Made by a program: the position numbers and the translations under genes
Part shown: one piece after another, positions 25,622-34,532 of the stretch
Layout of the letters: each line of letters opens with the position of its first letter
Position numbering within the stretch: the stretch's first letter is position 1
Assembly (NCBI GenBank): GCA_964398775.1
Contig: CAYNND010000003.1
Location: 3,879-67,878 of the forward strand
Reading direction: 5' to 3'
DNA length: 64,000 nt
From: an uncultured Candidatus Saccharibacteria bacterium
GTDB lineage: Bacteria; Patescibacteriota; Minisyncoccia; Phycocordibacterales; UBA2100
The notes under the pieces: model-generated
What the model saw: the letters and a program-made list of their open reading frames with translations, nothing else
Database searches by the model: none
What the model was told of the DNA's origin: nothing

Positions 25622-28012
25622 TTATTGAACGTCTACCTTTACAGAACGGGTGCGTGTCTCAGAACCTTTTTTACACGTGAGCGTGAATACAAGCGGCCCA
25701 GGTTTATCAGAAGTACCGGACACTTTTCCTTCATTTGTATCCTGTTTAAATCCGTTTGGACCAACCACCGAGCATGAGTCAACGTTTGCCGTCCTCCAGT
25801 TAATGGTCACTTCCTGCGTCCCGACGGCAATTTTTGCTGGTTCTGCAACAATTGAAAGTTTCATGTCTGTGCTTGTCGCAGCAGTGGGTGCGCGTTTTAC
25901 AGCAGTGGGACGCTGTGTTTGAGTGCTCCTCGGGACAACACGAACACTGCAAGAGCTCGTAGCTGAACGCTTTGCCTTTGTGCTAATGCAGCGTACTGCA
26001 TAGACCGTAGATGATTGCGGAGTTACCTTTAAACTCCCCGATGTTTTCCCTTCAACATAGAACGATTCCATCTCAGAGAGTGGCGTCCCGTTCAGATGCT
26101 TAGCAAGTGACGTGGCACGACGTGAGTTATCAGGGCATGACCACACGATAGTCGCACTCTTCCCATCTTCGACATCTTTGGGTGAGCATCGTATTTCTGG
26201 CTCAAGTGTCGTATAGTCCTCCTCTGCCTCTTCCTCCTCTTCCTCAGCAACGACGACATCTCGCTGGATTATCTTTCTTGGTTTTACAGAGATGGTTATC
26301 GGGCCGCAACATGCAGCGCCCGGGATCCCACAACTTTGCTGTTGTGGTTGTGTGTACTGAGGGTAGCTCTGTTGCGCGTAGGCATTTCCATTTATTGGCG
26401 AGCCGTCGAGTGCGGTTCCTGTGTCGTACTGTCCCATTGTTTGCTGCCCGTACGAGCCGTACCCACCCATCGTTTGCCCAGCTCCAGGAATACCGTAACC
26501 CACAACACTATATGCTGTCGTTTCTTTTGGACGAACTGTCACACTACTACCATTAATATTCCCAGAACCACCACGAAGTTCATACCGAATAGCATATGGG
26601 ATATTCCATTGAATCGTCACCTGCTCTCCCTCGGTTATTTCGCGTTTGTTAGCGTTAATACCGGCACAGTACGGAGCTGGCATATTTGGCTGCTGCAGTT
26701 GTTGATTTTGCTGAGGCTGCTGATTTTGCTGAGGCTGTGAGCCCTGTTTTGGCTGCTCTTTTGGATTACTACTTGAAGATGTTGGTCTAAATCCGCTACC
26801 ATCGTTGGTCGGTTGCTGTGGAGGCCTCTCGGGGCCTGGTGCTGGTGTAGGGTTTTTGTTTTTATCTTTTTCGGAATCAGGGGGTGTATTCCCAGATCCT
26901 CGGTGTGGGTTTGTCTGAGCAACTCGGTCAAAAGCCTCTGCAGAATTAATTTTTTTCAATTCATCGTCTAGCTTGTCTTTTTCAACACTCACAGGATTTG
27001 ACTTCGGCACCCACTCACCCTGCTCATTTTTTACAAACGTTTGATACTGACATTTACCTTGGGCATCACACGTCGCAACAATCCGTCGATTATCATCGAT
27101 ATCATGTCGAAATTCTTTTCCTGGTTCTGACTGCGCCTTTTTTGCTAACTCTGCTTGGCTTCCGGTGGCCGTTGCCGTATTTGGATTTAAGTCAGGCTTC
27201 GGACGAAGCTCTTCCTGAAGCTTTTCTGCATCAGCCTTTGTGCAAGCAACATGCCACCTCCCTTTAAACATTGGTAAGTCTTCGCGAGTTTTTCCTGTTT
27301 TCTTTTCAGCCTCAGTAAGCACGCGAGGGCGAGACTGGTCGTACCAAAATACAACTGCTGTGTTACCGCTCTTTAGTTCAGTTATCGGGCATTCTTTACG
27401 CTCAGCAACAACAGCATTCTTGAATCGAAGTTGTACGTTCAGACTCGTATTCTGATGGCATACTGCATTCATTGAAAAGCGTTGTGTCTCACCTTGAGGC
27501 TGCTGATACCCAAGTGTCATGAATGGGACAGTAATGCTCGCACCACCGCATGAGACCGCTTGCCCATCATTTGCGCTGCCATTCGTACAATTTAGTGTTG
27601 TTTGGGTACCATCTGGACAGGTTTTCTTTCCAAATATGCCCTCGCCTGTTTGGAGTGCTGTTTGACACGCATGACTCTGGGCACCACCTCCCATCTGCTG
27701 ACAAGTCGCCTGGACACTTTGGCATTGCTTCTGCGCATCTCCGAGTTTGTAACATGCTTGCGTAGCTCCATTTTCGCGAGAAGTTGTTATGTCTGCACAT
27801 TTTGGTGTACTCGAATCTGTCTGCTGTCGCTCACATGCTTGCATGACCGTCCTCCCGTTACGCTGCACCATTTTGTATTCAACTGCAGCTTCCGCAAAAC
27901 TGAGTGCGCTGAGTAAAAAAAGTGAGCAGATGAATAGAGTACGCATAGTGAGCCGCTGTATCATGGGGTAAGTGTACCACTTGGATAGACACGAGTACCA
28001 AGCATTATGCAC
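25622..28012 (-). CDS. Large secreted protein with Cys-rich N-terminal region, Q/P-rich linker and C-terminal A+B module (true start probably an internal Met near 27964/27946)
   Basis: 796 aa ORF. Signal-like MRTLFICSLFLLSALSFAEA after an internal Met. Cys-rich N region with no recognised motif. Linker QGSQPQQNQQPQQNQQLQQP. Acidic stretch VVVAEEEEEEAEEDY. C-terminal EIRCSPKDVEDGKSATIVWSCP...YAVRC...SSC plus LSIVAEPAKIAVGTQEVTINWRTANVDSCSV...FTLTC. Confidence 0.6.
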   Translation of the reverse strand: MHNAWYSCLSKWYTYPMIQRLTMRTLFICSLFLLSALSFAEAAVEYKMVQRNGRTVMQACERQQTDSSTPKCADITTSRENGATQACYKLGDAQKQCQSVQATCQQMGGGAQSHACQTALQTGEGIFGKKTCPDGTQTTLNCTNGSANDGQAVSCGGASITVPFMTLGYQQPQGETQRFSMNAVCHQNTSLNVQLRFKNAVVAERKECPITELKSGNTAVVFWYDQSRPRVLTEAEKKTGKTREDLPMFKGRWHVACTKADAEKLQEELRPKPDLNPNTATATGSQAELAKKAQSEPGKEFRHDIDDNRRIVATCDAQGKCQYQTFVKNEQGEWVPKSNPVSVEKDKLDDELKKINSAEAFDRVAQTNPHRGSGNTPPDSEKDKNKNPTPAPGPERPPQQPTNDGSGFRPTSSSSNPKEQPKQGSQPQQNQQPQQNQQLQQPNMPAPYCAGINANKREITEGEQVTIQWNIPYAIRYELRGGSGNINGSSVTVRPKETTAYSVVGYGIPGAGQTMGGYGSYGQQTMGQYDTGTALDGSPINGNAYAQQSYPQYTQPQQQSCGIPGAACCGPITISVKPRKIIQRDVVVAEEEEEEAEEDYTTLEPEIRCSPKDVEDGKSATIVWSCPDNSRRATSLAKHLNGTPLSEMESFYVEGKTSGSLKVTPQSSTVYAVRCISTKAKRSATSSCSVRVVPRSTQTQRPTAVKRAPTAATSTDMKLSIVAEPAKIAVGTQEVTINWRTANVDSCSVVGPNGFKQDTNEGKVSGTSDKPGPLVFTLTCKKGSETRTRSVKVDVQ

Positions 28013-28718
28013 AGAGTCGCATCATACTCCGCTCAAGCTCATCGTACCCATCGCGCCCCCGTGTTCGCGCTCGGTGGAGTAGATATGCAGACTCACGCAC
28101 AAGTTCTGCAAGCGCAACACCCCACTGCTTTGCACCAGTGCGTGCTTTATTGTATACAAACGGCTTCAAGCCTGAAGATGCAGGACTCTCGCTGTGAGCT
28201 GCAATATACATTGCTTTTGCTGCCCACAATAACAAACCCACTATCGACTCAACTTCATCGCCACGCAGTCGCGCTTCTTCTATTCGAATAAAGAGCTGCT
28301 TTGCATCTCTTGCGTAGAGTGCATCTGCAAGTGCGAATGGATTGTATGCTTGACTTGAGACCTCTTTCAAAGAAGATTCTACAATAGTGTGTGCATACTT
28401 TTTCAGTATATTTTTTTCTGCTGCCTTTAGTTCTCCATCAATGACAATCACGATGTGCTCGCTTTCAGCAAAGTGTTGTGTGTGCTCACTATATTCTTGT
28501 GCCTCTGGAGATGAAAAAATGCCATTGAGCGTAATAATCATCTTGTCTTTAAATAAACCCTGTGTTGCGAGAATATCACCAATGTGTGCCCCTGCGATTG
28601 TTTCGCTGTTTAAGGAAACTCGCGTTGCAAATGGCTCTCTCTCAAGAAGCCGATTTACACATACACGTGCTTTTTCTGCGCTTGTTTTCTGATCTGATCC
28701 GATAAAGACGTACAGCAT
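28005..28718 (-). CDS. DNA polymerase III delta subunit-like protein (HolA-like, short)
   Basis: 237 aa. N-terminus MLYVFIGSDQKTSAEKARVCV... resembles the HolA N-terminal domain. Sits immediately downstream of polA. Short for HolA, so the assignment is tentative. Confidence 0.4.
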   Translation of the reverse strand: MLYVFIGSDQKTSAEKARVCVNRLLEREPFATRVSLNSETIAGAHIGDILATQGLFKDKMIITLNGIFSSPEAQEYSEHTQHFAESEHIVIVIDGELKAAEKNILKKYAHTIVESSLKEVSSQAYNPFALADALYARDAKQLFIRIEEARLRGDEVESIVGLLLWAAKAMYIAAHSESPASSGLKPFVYNKARTGAKQWGVALAELVRESAYLLHRARTRGRDGYDELERSMMRLCA

Positions 28719-28723
28719 AGTAT

Positions 28724-31102
28724 TTATTTAAGCGCCCCCCAGTGTGGGCCAATTGCATATGCTGCGATAAGTGGGATACCCGCAGTCTCAGACGGTGGCA
28801 GTACATCTTCCATGATTTTTTGTATATGCTTTGCAAATGTTTCCGCGTGCGCTTCATCCACCTCATACACCAACTCATCATGAACCTGCAACACAAGGTC
28901 AACATGCTTTCTGAGTTTCTGCGCTTCAATGTATTCATCAGCTTCGACCATCGCACGTTTAATGAGGTCAGCCTGTGTGCCCTGTATCGGCGCGTTTACT
29001 GCCATGCGTTCTGCAGCAGCGCGAATAAAAGGGAGTGGTGACGCAAAACCCTCAAAATATCTTCTTCTTCCAAAGAGTGTTGTAGTGTACCCAAGTCGCT
29101 TTGCCTCTGACTTTGTTGTATCTATCCAGGACGCGAGCGTGCTGTATGTAGCAAAATAAGCGTCAAGATATGAACGCGCTTCTTTTTGAGATACATTTTC
29201 TCCGAGCGTTTGCCTCAGGGCATTTACACCCATGCCATAGAGAATGCCGAAATTTATTACTTTGGCTTTCCGCCGCATGTCTGAGGTGACAGCGGTACGC
29301 TCAACTTGAAAAACATCAGCTGCAACTGCAGTATGCACATCAACTCCATCGACAAATGCTTTGGTGAGGAGCGGGTCTTTTGATAAGAGTGCGGCAATGC
29401 GGAGCTCAACCTGCGCATAATCGAGCGCAATGAGCAAGCGCCCTTTTCGAGCAACAAATGCATTTCTGATCCGCTTACCGAGCTCAGTCTTGATTGGGAT
29501 ATTTTGCAGATTCGGGTTGATTGAAGACAGTCTTCCAGTCGTTGTTCCTGTCTGCTGAAACGTTGTGTGGAGTCTCCCTTGTCTGTCGATTTGTGTTGGG
29601 AGGGTATCAATATATGTAGAGAGCAGCTTTTGCAACTCACGATACTCAAGAATCAGTTTGATGATTGGGTGCGCGTCAAATATTTTTTGCAAGTCTGACT
29701 CCTTTGTAGAGCGAGCACCTGTTGGTGTTTTTGCCCGCCCGATAGGTTTAATCTGCAAGGTATCATACAGAATATCTCCGAGCTGTTTTGGTGAATTAAT
29801 ATTGAATGTTGTGCCAGCGCATGCATATATTTTCTCTGAAAGCGCATCAAGCTCAGTATGGTATTCAGTTGAAAGTTTTGCGAGATACTCTGTGTCGAGC
29901 TGTACCCCTACTGCATTCATCCGTTCAACAACTGGCGTCAGTGGTTCCTCAATTTCAGTGAACACCCGCTGCAAACCACGCGACTCAATAAGCCCTTTGA
30001 GGATGGGGTACGCAGCTTCAGTATCATGTGTCTTTGTTATGGTGAAAATATCTTCTACCGTTGGCTCAGTCACCTCTGAACGGAGCAGCCACACCATGAG
30101 TAACATTTGTTTTATGTGTGGACTCGTGTGCATCTTTTTTTCGCTTGTACCTTTCTCGATCGTTTCTACACTACTGTTGTTTGGTGATGCCTGAGTTCGA
30201 TTTCTAAGGCGCTGTGTGAGCGAGCGAAACTCATAGTGTTCACAGAGGGCAAGGACGCCTGGTAATGCTTGTTCAAATACAAAGGGGCGATGTGTATCTA
30301 TTACAACGGGAGCATCAGTGCGAATAGTAGCGAGCATTTTTGAAAACTGCGCCTCTTCTTCTCCGTGTGAAATTAATTCACAGGCACGCGGCTTGAAACC
30401 AGCCTTTTTAAGTACTTCGCTATCTTTTTTAAGAGCTGCGTATACACCATCAACCCCACCAAATTGCTTAATAAGCTCAGTAGCTGTTTTTTCTCCTATA
30501 CCCTTAATGCCGGGGATATTGTCAGAACTGTCCCCCGCAAAACCCTTATAATCAGGTATCTGCTTTGGGGTAAACCCGAAACGCGCCTCAACAGCGGCGG
30601 CATCGTACATAACGGTGTCTTGTATCCCCTTTCGTAAGGTAAACACTTTTACGCGCGTACCATCGATGAGCTGCATCGTGTCCATATCCCCTGACGCAAT
30701 AATCACTTCAATATCTTTTTCTTTTTTTGTGTGTTCTACGATTGTCCCCAAGATATCGTCCGCCTCAAACCCCGGACAATCAAGTATGGGAATTTGAAAT
30801 GCGGCAAACACATTGCGTGAAGTGGCGAGTTGCATAACGAGTGCATCGTCTCCTTTTTTTCTTGTACCTTTGTATGCCTCGTAGATGTCGTGGCGGTGCG
30901 TTTTGTGTGGTAAGTCATAACAGGCAATAAGCACATCTGGAGATAGCTCATCGATTATTCGGACAAGCATATTACAGAGTCCATAAAGAGCTCCCGTGGG
31001 CTCGCCCTTGCTTGAAGAAAACTCTGGGAGCGCGTGATATGCGCGGTGTATGATGGCATGCGCATCAAGCAAAACTATCCTTCGGTGCTGACCTTTTTTC
31101 AT
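28724..31102 (-). CDS. polA: DNA polymerase I
   Basis: 792 aa. N-terminal 5'-3' exonuclease domain (VLLDAHAIIHRAYHAL, GIPGIKGIGEKTA). C-terminal family-A polymerase motifs (DYSQIELRI-like DYAQVELRIAA, RRKAKVINFGILYG, QVHDELV). Confidence 0.9.
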   Translation of the reverse strand: MKKGQHRRIVLLDAHAIIHRAYHALPEFSSSKGEPTGALYGLCNMLVRIIDELSPDVLIACYDLPHKTHRHDIYEAYKGTRKKGDDALVMQLATSRNVFAAFQIPILDCPGFEADDILGTIVEHTKKEKDIEVIIASGDMDTMQLIDGTRVKVFTLRKGIQDTVMYDAAAVEARFGFTPKQIPDYKGFAGDSSDNIPGIKGIGEKTATELIKQFGGVDGVYAALKKDSEVLKKAGFKPRACELISHGEEEAQFSKMLATIRTDAPVVIDTHRPFVFEQALPGVLALCEHYEFRSLTQRLRNRTQASPNNSSVETIEKGTSEKKMHTSPHIKQMLLMVWLLRSEVTEPTVEDIFTITKTHDTEAAYPILKGLIESRGLQRVFTEIEEPLTPVVERMNAVGVQLDTEYLAKLSTEYHTELDALSEKIYACAGTTFNINSPKQLGDILYDTLQIKPIGRAKTPTGARSTKESDLQKIFDAHPIIKLILEYRELQKLLSTYIDTLPTQIDRQGRLHTTFQQTGTTTGRLSSINPNLQNIPIKTELGKRIRNAFVARKGRLLIALDYAQVELRIAALLSKDPLLTKAFVDGVDVHTAVAADVFQVERTAVTSDMRRKAKVINFGILYGMGVNALRQTLGENVSQKEARSYLDAYFATYSTLASWIDTTKSEAKRLGYTTTLFGRRRYFEGFASPLPFIRAAAERMAVNAPIQGTQADLIKRAMVEADEYIEAQKLRKHVDLVLQVHDELVYEVDEAHAETFAKHIQKIMEDVLPPSETAGIPLIAAYAIGPHWGALK

Positions 31103-31518
31103 AGGCCAATGATACCGCGTTTGTCCTCACTCACATAGGAAAGCTCGATTCTGACGAGTTCCTGTGGTAATGCGCCCTGCAAACGCTCCGGCCATTCGAT
31201 ACACATGAAGCAATCTGTATTTCGCTCAAGTTGGAGCCCTCGAGCCTCTGCCTCACTCTCGATGCGATACGCATCACAGTGCACGAACGTCTGCCATTCA
31301 ACGTCACGCGTCTGATACACCTTCATAAGAATGAACGTAGGAGAAATCATCTGGTCAGTCACCCCCAATGCTTTACCGAGCGCTTGCGCAAGCGTTGTTT
31401 TGCCCGCACCCAAGTTTCCTGAAAGTGCAACGCCGCGTGCATGCAGCTCACGTACCCGGTCAATAATACGCGCGGCTATAGAATCGATTGCATCGATAGA
31501 AAAAACCTCCATGTGCAT
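31099..31518 (-). CDS. tsaE: tRNA threonylcarbamoyladenosine biosynthesis ATPase TsaE (YjeE)
   Basis: 139 aa. P-loop GNLGAGKTTLAQALGKALGV. SPTF and HCDAYRI motifs of the YjeE family. Overlaps the polA start by 4 nt. Confidence 0.8.
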   Translation of the reverse strand: MHMEVFSIDAIDSIAARIIDRVRELHARGVALSGNLGAGKTTLAQALGKALGVTDQMISPTFILMKVYQTRDVEWQTFVHCDAYRIESEAEARGLQLERNTDCFMCIEWPERLQGALPQELVRIELSYVSEDKRGIIGL

Positions 31519-31558
31519 AGTCTACCAAACATTCACGAAGAGGCGCTATACTGGCACT

Positions 31559-33259
31559 ATGACTGTGCAATTCAACGACGCAAAACCTGCCGAACGCCTT
31601 GAGGAGTTGCGCCTGATTGAAGAAGAGGAGCTCGCAAAAGTACTCGCAAAACGCTACGCCGCAAAGTATGTTGACCTGACCCGTATCGGAGTCGAGACCG
31701 ATGCACTTGCACTTGTACCTGAGGCAGAGGCAAAAGCTTCTGAAATCGCTGCGTTTAAAAAGATGGGTAAACGCTTGCTTGTTGCTATGCGCGCACCGTC
31801 CCGCCCGGACTCGCTTGAATCACTGAAGAAACTTGAGCGACTCGGATACACAACTGAGACATACATGGTCTCTCGCGCAAGCTTGAAGCATGCATGGGAG
31901 CGATATGCAGATATTTCATTCGCTACAGCAAGTGAAGGTGGTGTGCTCAATCTCTCAAACGAAACCATCGCAAAGATGAAGGATGAATTGAAAACAATAA
32001 ATGATGTACGCATTGCGATAGATACCGCAATGCAAGGAAACAAAATACACCACGTATCGCGCGTGCTTGAGATTTTAGTAGGTGGAGCACTCGCTCTCGA
32101 TGCATCTGATATACACATTGAGCCAGAGGATACATATGTGCATGTACGCTTTCGTATTGATGGTGTATTGACCGAAGCTGCTACAACTGATGGTGCCACA
32201 TACCACCTCCTTCGTTCACGCATAAAATTGCTCTCAGGTATGAAGTTAAACGTCTCGAGTGCGGCTCAAGATGGACGTTTTAGTATAAAAGTCGGAGATA
32301 AGGAGATTGAAATTCGTACTTCGCTTATTCCGGGCTCATACGGTGAATCTATCGTAACTCGTATTCTTGACCCGCACACTATCGGACTTCCTCTTGAGGC
32401 GCTTGGTATGGATAAGTACCTGATGGAAATCTTCAAAAATGAAATCAGTAAACCAAATGGAATGTTGCTGAACACCGGGCCGACAGGTTCTGGAAAAACT
32501 ACAACACTGTATGCCTTTCTAAAAGCAGTACACACTCCTGATGTGAAGATAATCACTCTTGAAAACCCGGTTGAATATCACCTTGATGGAATCGTGCAAA
32601 CGCAAATCACCAGAGACTATACTTTTGCCCAAGGATTGCGTGCGATTCTCCGACAAGACCCTGATGTAATCATGGTGGGAGAGATTCGAGACCCAGAAGT
32701 TGCTTCAACTGCCGTGAACGCCGCCCTGACTGGTCACTTAGTGTTTTCAACACTACACACAAACAACGCTGCAGGTACCTTCCCTCGTATTATTGACCTT
32801 GGTATTTCTCCTGAGATTATCGGGGCATCACTGACTGTATCTATGGCACAGCGCCTCACACGAAAACTTTGTGGGTACTGCAAAAAAGAGGTTGAATGTG
32901 CTGGAGCAGATAAAGAAATCATAGATAAGTATTTGAAGTACATGCCACACCAAGAAGACCTTCCTGAAAACCGCACCAAAATGTGGCTCGCGCAAGGTTG
33001 TGAAAAATGTGCCAATACAGGATACAAAGGGCGAATCGCGGTGCTTGAGGCTGTGCTCGTTGACCACTTTATTGAAGAAGTGGTTCGACAAAACCCTACA
33101 GAAGCAGATATCTGGCGCGCATCTGCGCAGCAGAATATTCGACGCATGGCTGAAGATGGAATTTGTAAAATACTAAAAGGTGTCACATCATTGGATGAGC
33201 TTGGACGTGTGGTTGACCTAAAGGATGAGATGTTTCGTGACCCCACTCGAGCAGCGTAG
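31559..33259 (+). CDS. pilB: Type II/IV secretion / type IV pilus assembly ATPase (GspE/PilB family)
   Basis: Start at ATG 31559 (MTVQFNDAKPAERLEELRLIEEEELAK, a T2SSE_N-like N-terminus). The upstream part of the track ORF overlaps tsaE. Walker A LLNTGPTGSGKTT. Also VGEIRD, the Asp box and a tetracysteine CGYC...CEKC. Confidence 0.85.
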   Translation: MTVQFNDAKPAERLEELRLIEEEELAKVLAKRYAAKYVDLTRIGVETDALALVPEAEAKASEIAAFKKMGKRLLVAMRAPSRPDSLESLKKLERLGYTTETYMVSRASLKHAWERYADISFATASEGGVLNLSNETIAKMKDELKTINDVRIAIDTAMQGNKIHHVSRVLEILVGGALALDASDIHIEPEDTYVHVRFRIDGVLTEAATTDGATYHLLRSRIKLLSGMKLNVSSAAQDGRFSIKVGDKEIEIRTSLIPGSYGESIVTRILDPHTIGLPLEALGMDKYLMEIFKNEISKPNGMLLNTGPTGSGKTTTLYAFLKAVHTPDVKIITLENPVEYHLDGIVQTQITRDYTFAQGLRAILRQDPDVIMVGEIRDPEVASTAVNAALTGHLVFSTLHTNNAAGTFPRIIDLGISPEIIGASLTVSMAQRLTRKLCGYCKKEVECAGADKEIIDKYLKYMPHQEDLPENRTKMWLAQGCEKCANTGYKGRIAVLEAVLVDHFIEEVVRQNPTEADIWRASAQQNIRRMAEDGICKILKGVTSLDELGRVVDLKDEMFRDPTRAA

Positions 33260-33303
33260 ATATGCTACTATGCGCTAAGCACCAATGGTGGTGCAGTGGT
33301 ATG

Positions 33304-33430
33304 CAAAATCCTCCAAACAAGCCTTTCTGAACCCCGCAAGGTAATGAAAGTCGTAGGAACACTGTGGTGTTGTCTAGCCTAAACCGGACAATCCATGTGG
33401 GACTACACTGATCTCGTTTAGAGGATTTTG
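33304..33430 (+). ncRNA. Candidate structured RNA / long imperfect inverted repeat in the pilB-ruvB intergenic region
   Basis: CAAAATCCTCCAAAC (33304-33318) pairs with GTTTAGAGGATTTTG (33416-33430), 14 of 15 bp, enclosing ~97 nt. No cloverleaf. The class cannot be assigned by eye, and strand is unknown. Confidence 0.2.
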
Positions 33431-33480
33431 ACCCCGAGCTGTTTCTCAGGATTTATATATACTAGCATACTTATTTACAA

Positions 33481-34524
33481 ATGTCAATACCTCATGCAAA
33501 AGGCACCGGACAAAAAAGCGCTGAGGGCGGAAGTGGGCATGATGCTGCATTTCTGGATAAAACACTCCGACCGCAACAATGGGATGAGTACATAGGGCAG
33601 GAACGTGTAAAAGAGAACCTCCGCATTCTCCTCTCAGCTGCAAAAAAAAGAGGACAGCCACCGGAGCATATGCTGTTTTATGGGCCACCAGGGGTTGGAA
33701 AGACTACCCTCTGCTACCTCATCGCGAAAGAGCTTGGCACAAACATGAAAGTCACCTCAGGCCCCGCTATAGAGCGTGTCGGTGACCTCGCTTCACTCAT
33801 CACAAACCTCGAGAAGGGTGACGTACTTTTTATAGATGAAATCCATCGCCTCAACAAGAGCATAGAGGAAGTTCTCTACCCTGCCATGGAGTCTGGCGTG
33901 CTTGATATCATCATTGGGAAAGGTCCTTCTGCGCGCTCAATTCAACTTGAACTCCCACCGTTTACACTCGTCGCAGCAACTACGCTATATGCTGAAATAT
34001 CTGCTCCATTACGTTCACGTTTTTCAGGCGGCACATATCACCTCGCTCACTATAGTGAAACTGAAATCGAAACAATCATCGCGCGCTCTGCTCATATCCT
34101 CGGTGTGTCTGTAGATGCATCTGGAGTCAGGGAAATCGCACGACGGAGTCGCTACACCCCCCGAACAGCAAATAGACTTTTGAAACGTTGCCGTGATTTC
34201 GCTGAGGTACATGAGCGCCAACTTGATTCTACGGTAGTTGTTGAAGCGCTTGAATTACTTGGTATTGATGCCCTTGGCCTTGATGACAGAGACCGACAAA
34301 TCCTCACAACAATAATCGATACATTTAATGGAGGTCCGGTAGGGCTGAAGACTATTGCGGCTGCACTCTCTGAAGAGGAGCGAACGATAGAAGATGTGCA
34401 TGAGCCATTTCTCATCCAGGCAGGACTTATTGAGCGTACTCCCCGCGGTCGCTCTGTGACTGTGCGTGGATATGAACATGTACAAAAGAGCCCTCGCGCA
34501 GGAAACACTCAGAGACTTATCTAG
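33481..34524 (+). CDS. ruvB: Holliday junction branch-migration ATPase RuvB
   Basis: 347 aa. AAA+ Walker [23 protein letters not shown] and Walker [11 protein letters not shown]. Sensor and winged-helix C-terminus typical of RuvB. Confidence 0.9.
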   Translation: MSIPHAKGTGQKSAEGGSGHDAAFLDKTLRPQQWDEYIGQERVKENLRILLSAAKKRGQPPEHMLFYGPPGVGKTTLCYLIAKELGTNMKVTSGPAIERVGDLASLITNLEKGDVLFIDEIHRLNKSIEEVLYPAMESGVLDIIIGKGPSARSIQLELPPFTLVAATTLYAEISAPLRSRFSGGTYHLAHYSETEIETIIARSAHILGVSVDASGVREIARRSRYTPRTANRLLKRCRDFAEVHERQLDSTVVVEALELLGIDALGLDDRDRQILTTIIDTFNGGPVGLKTIAAALSEEERTIEDVHEPFLIQAGLIERTPRGRSVTVRGYEHVQKSPRAGNTQRLI

Positions 34525-34532
34525 AGCACCCC

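Noticed and set aside
26694-26745. Tandem DNA repeats (26694-26745 and 49261-49304)
   Set aside because: These are in-frame coding repeats that give QQPQQN and PAAPAA low-complexity tracts. They are not CRISPR or non-coding satellites. No CRISPR-like repeat-spacer structure was seen anywhere in the window.
31331-31558. Upstream 76 codons of the pilB ORF
   Set aside because: This part overlaps tsaE on the opposite strand and lacks PilB N-terminal features. The ATG at 31559 begins a canonical T2SSE_N-like sequence.
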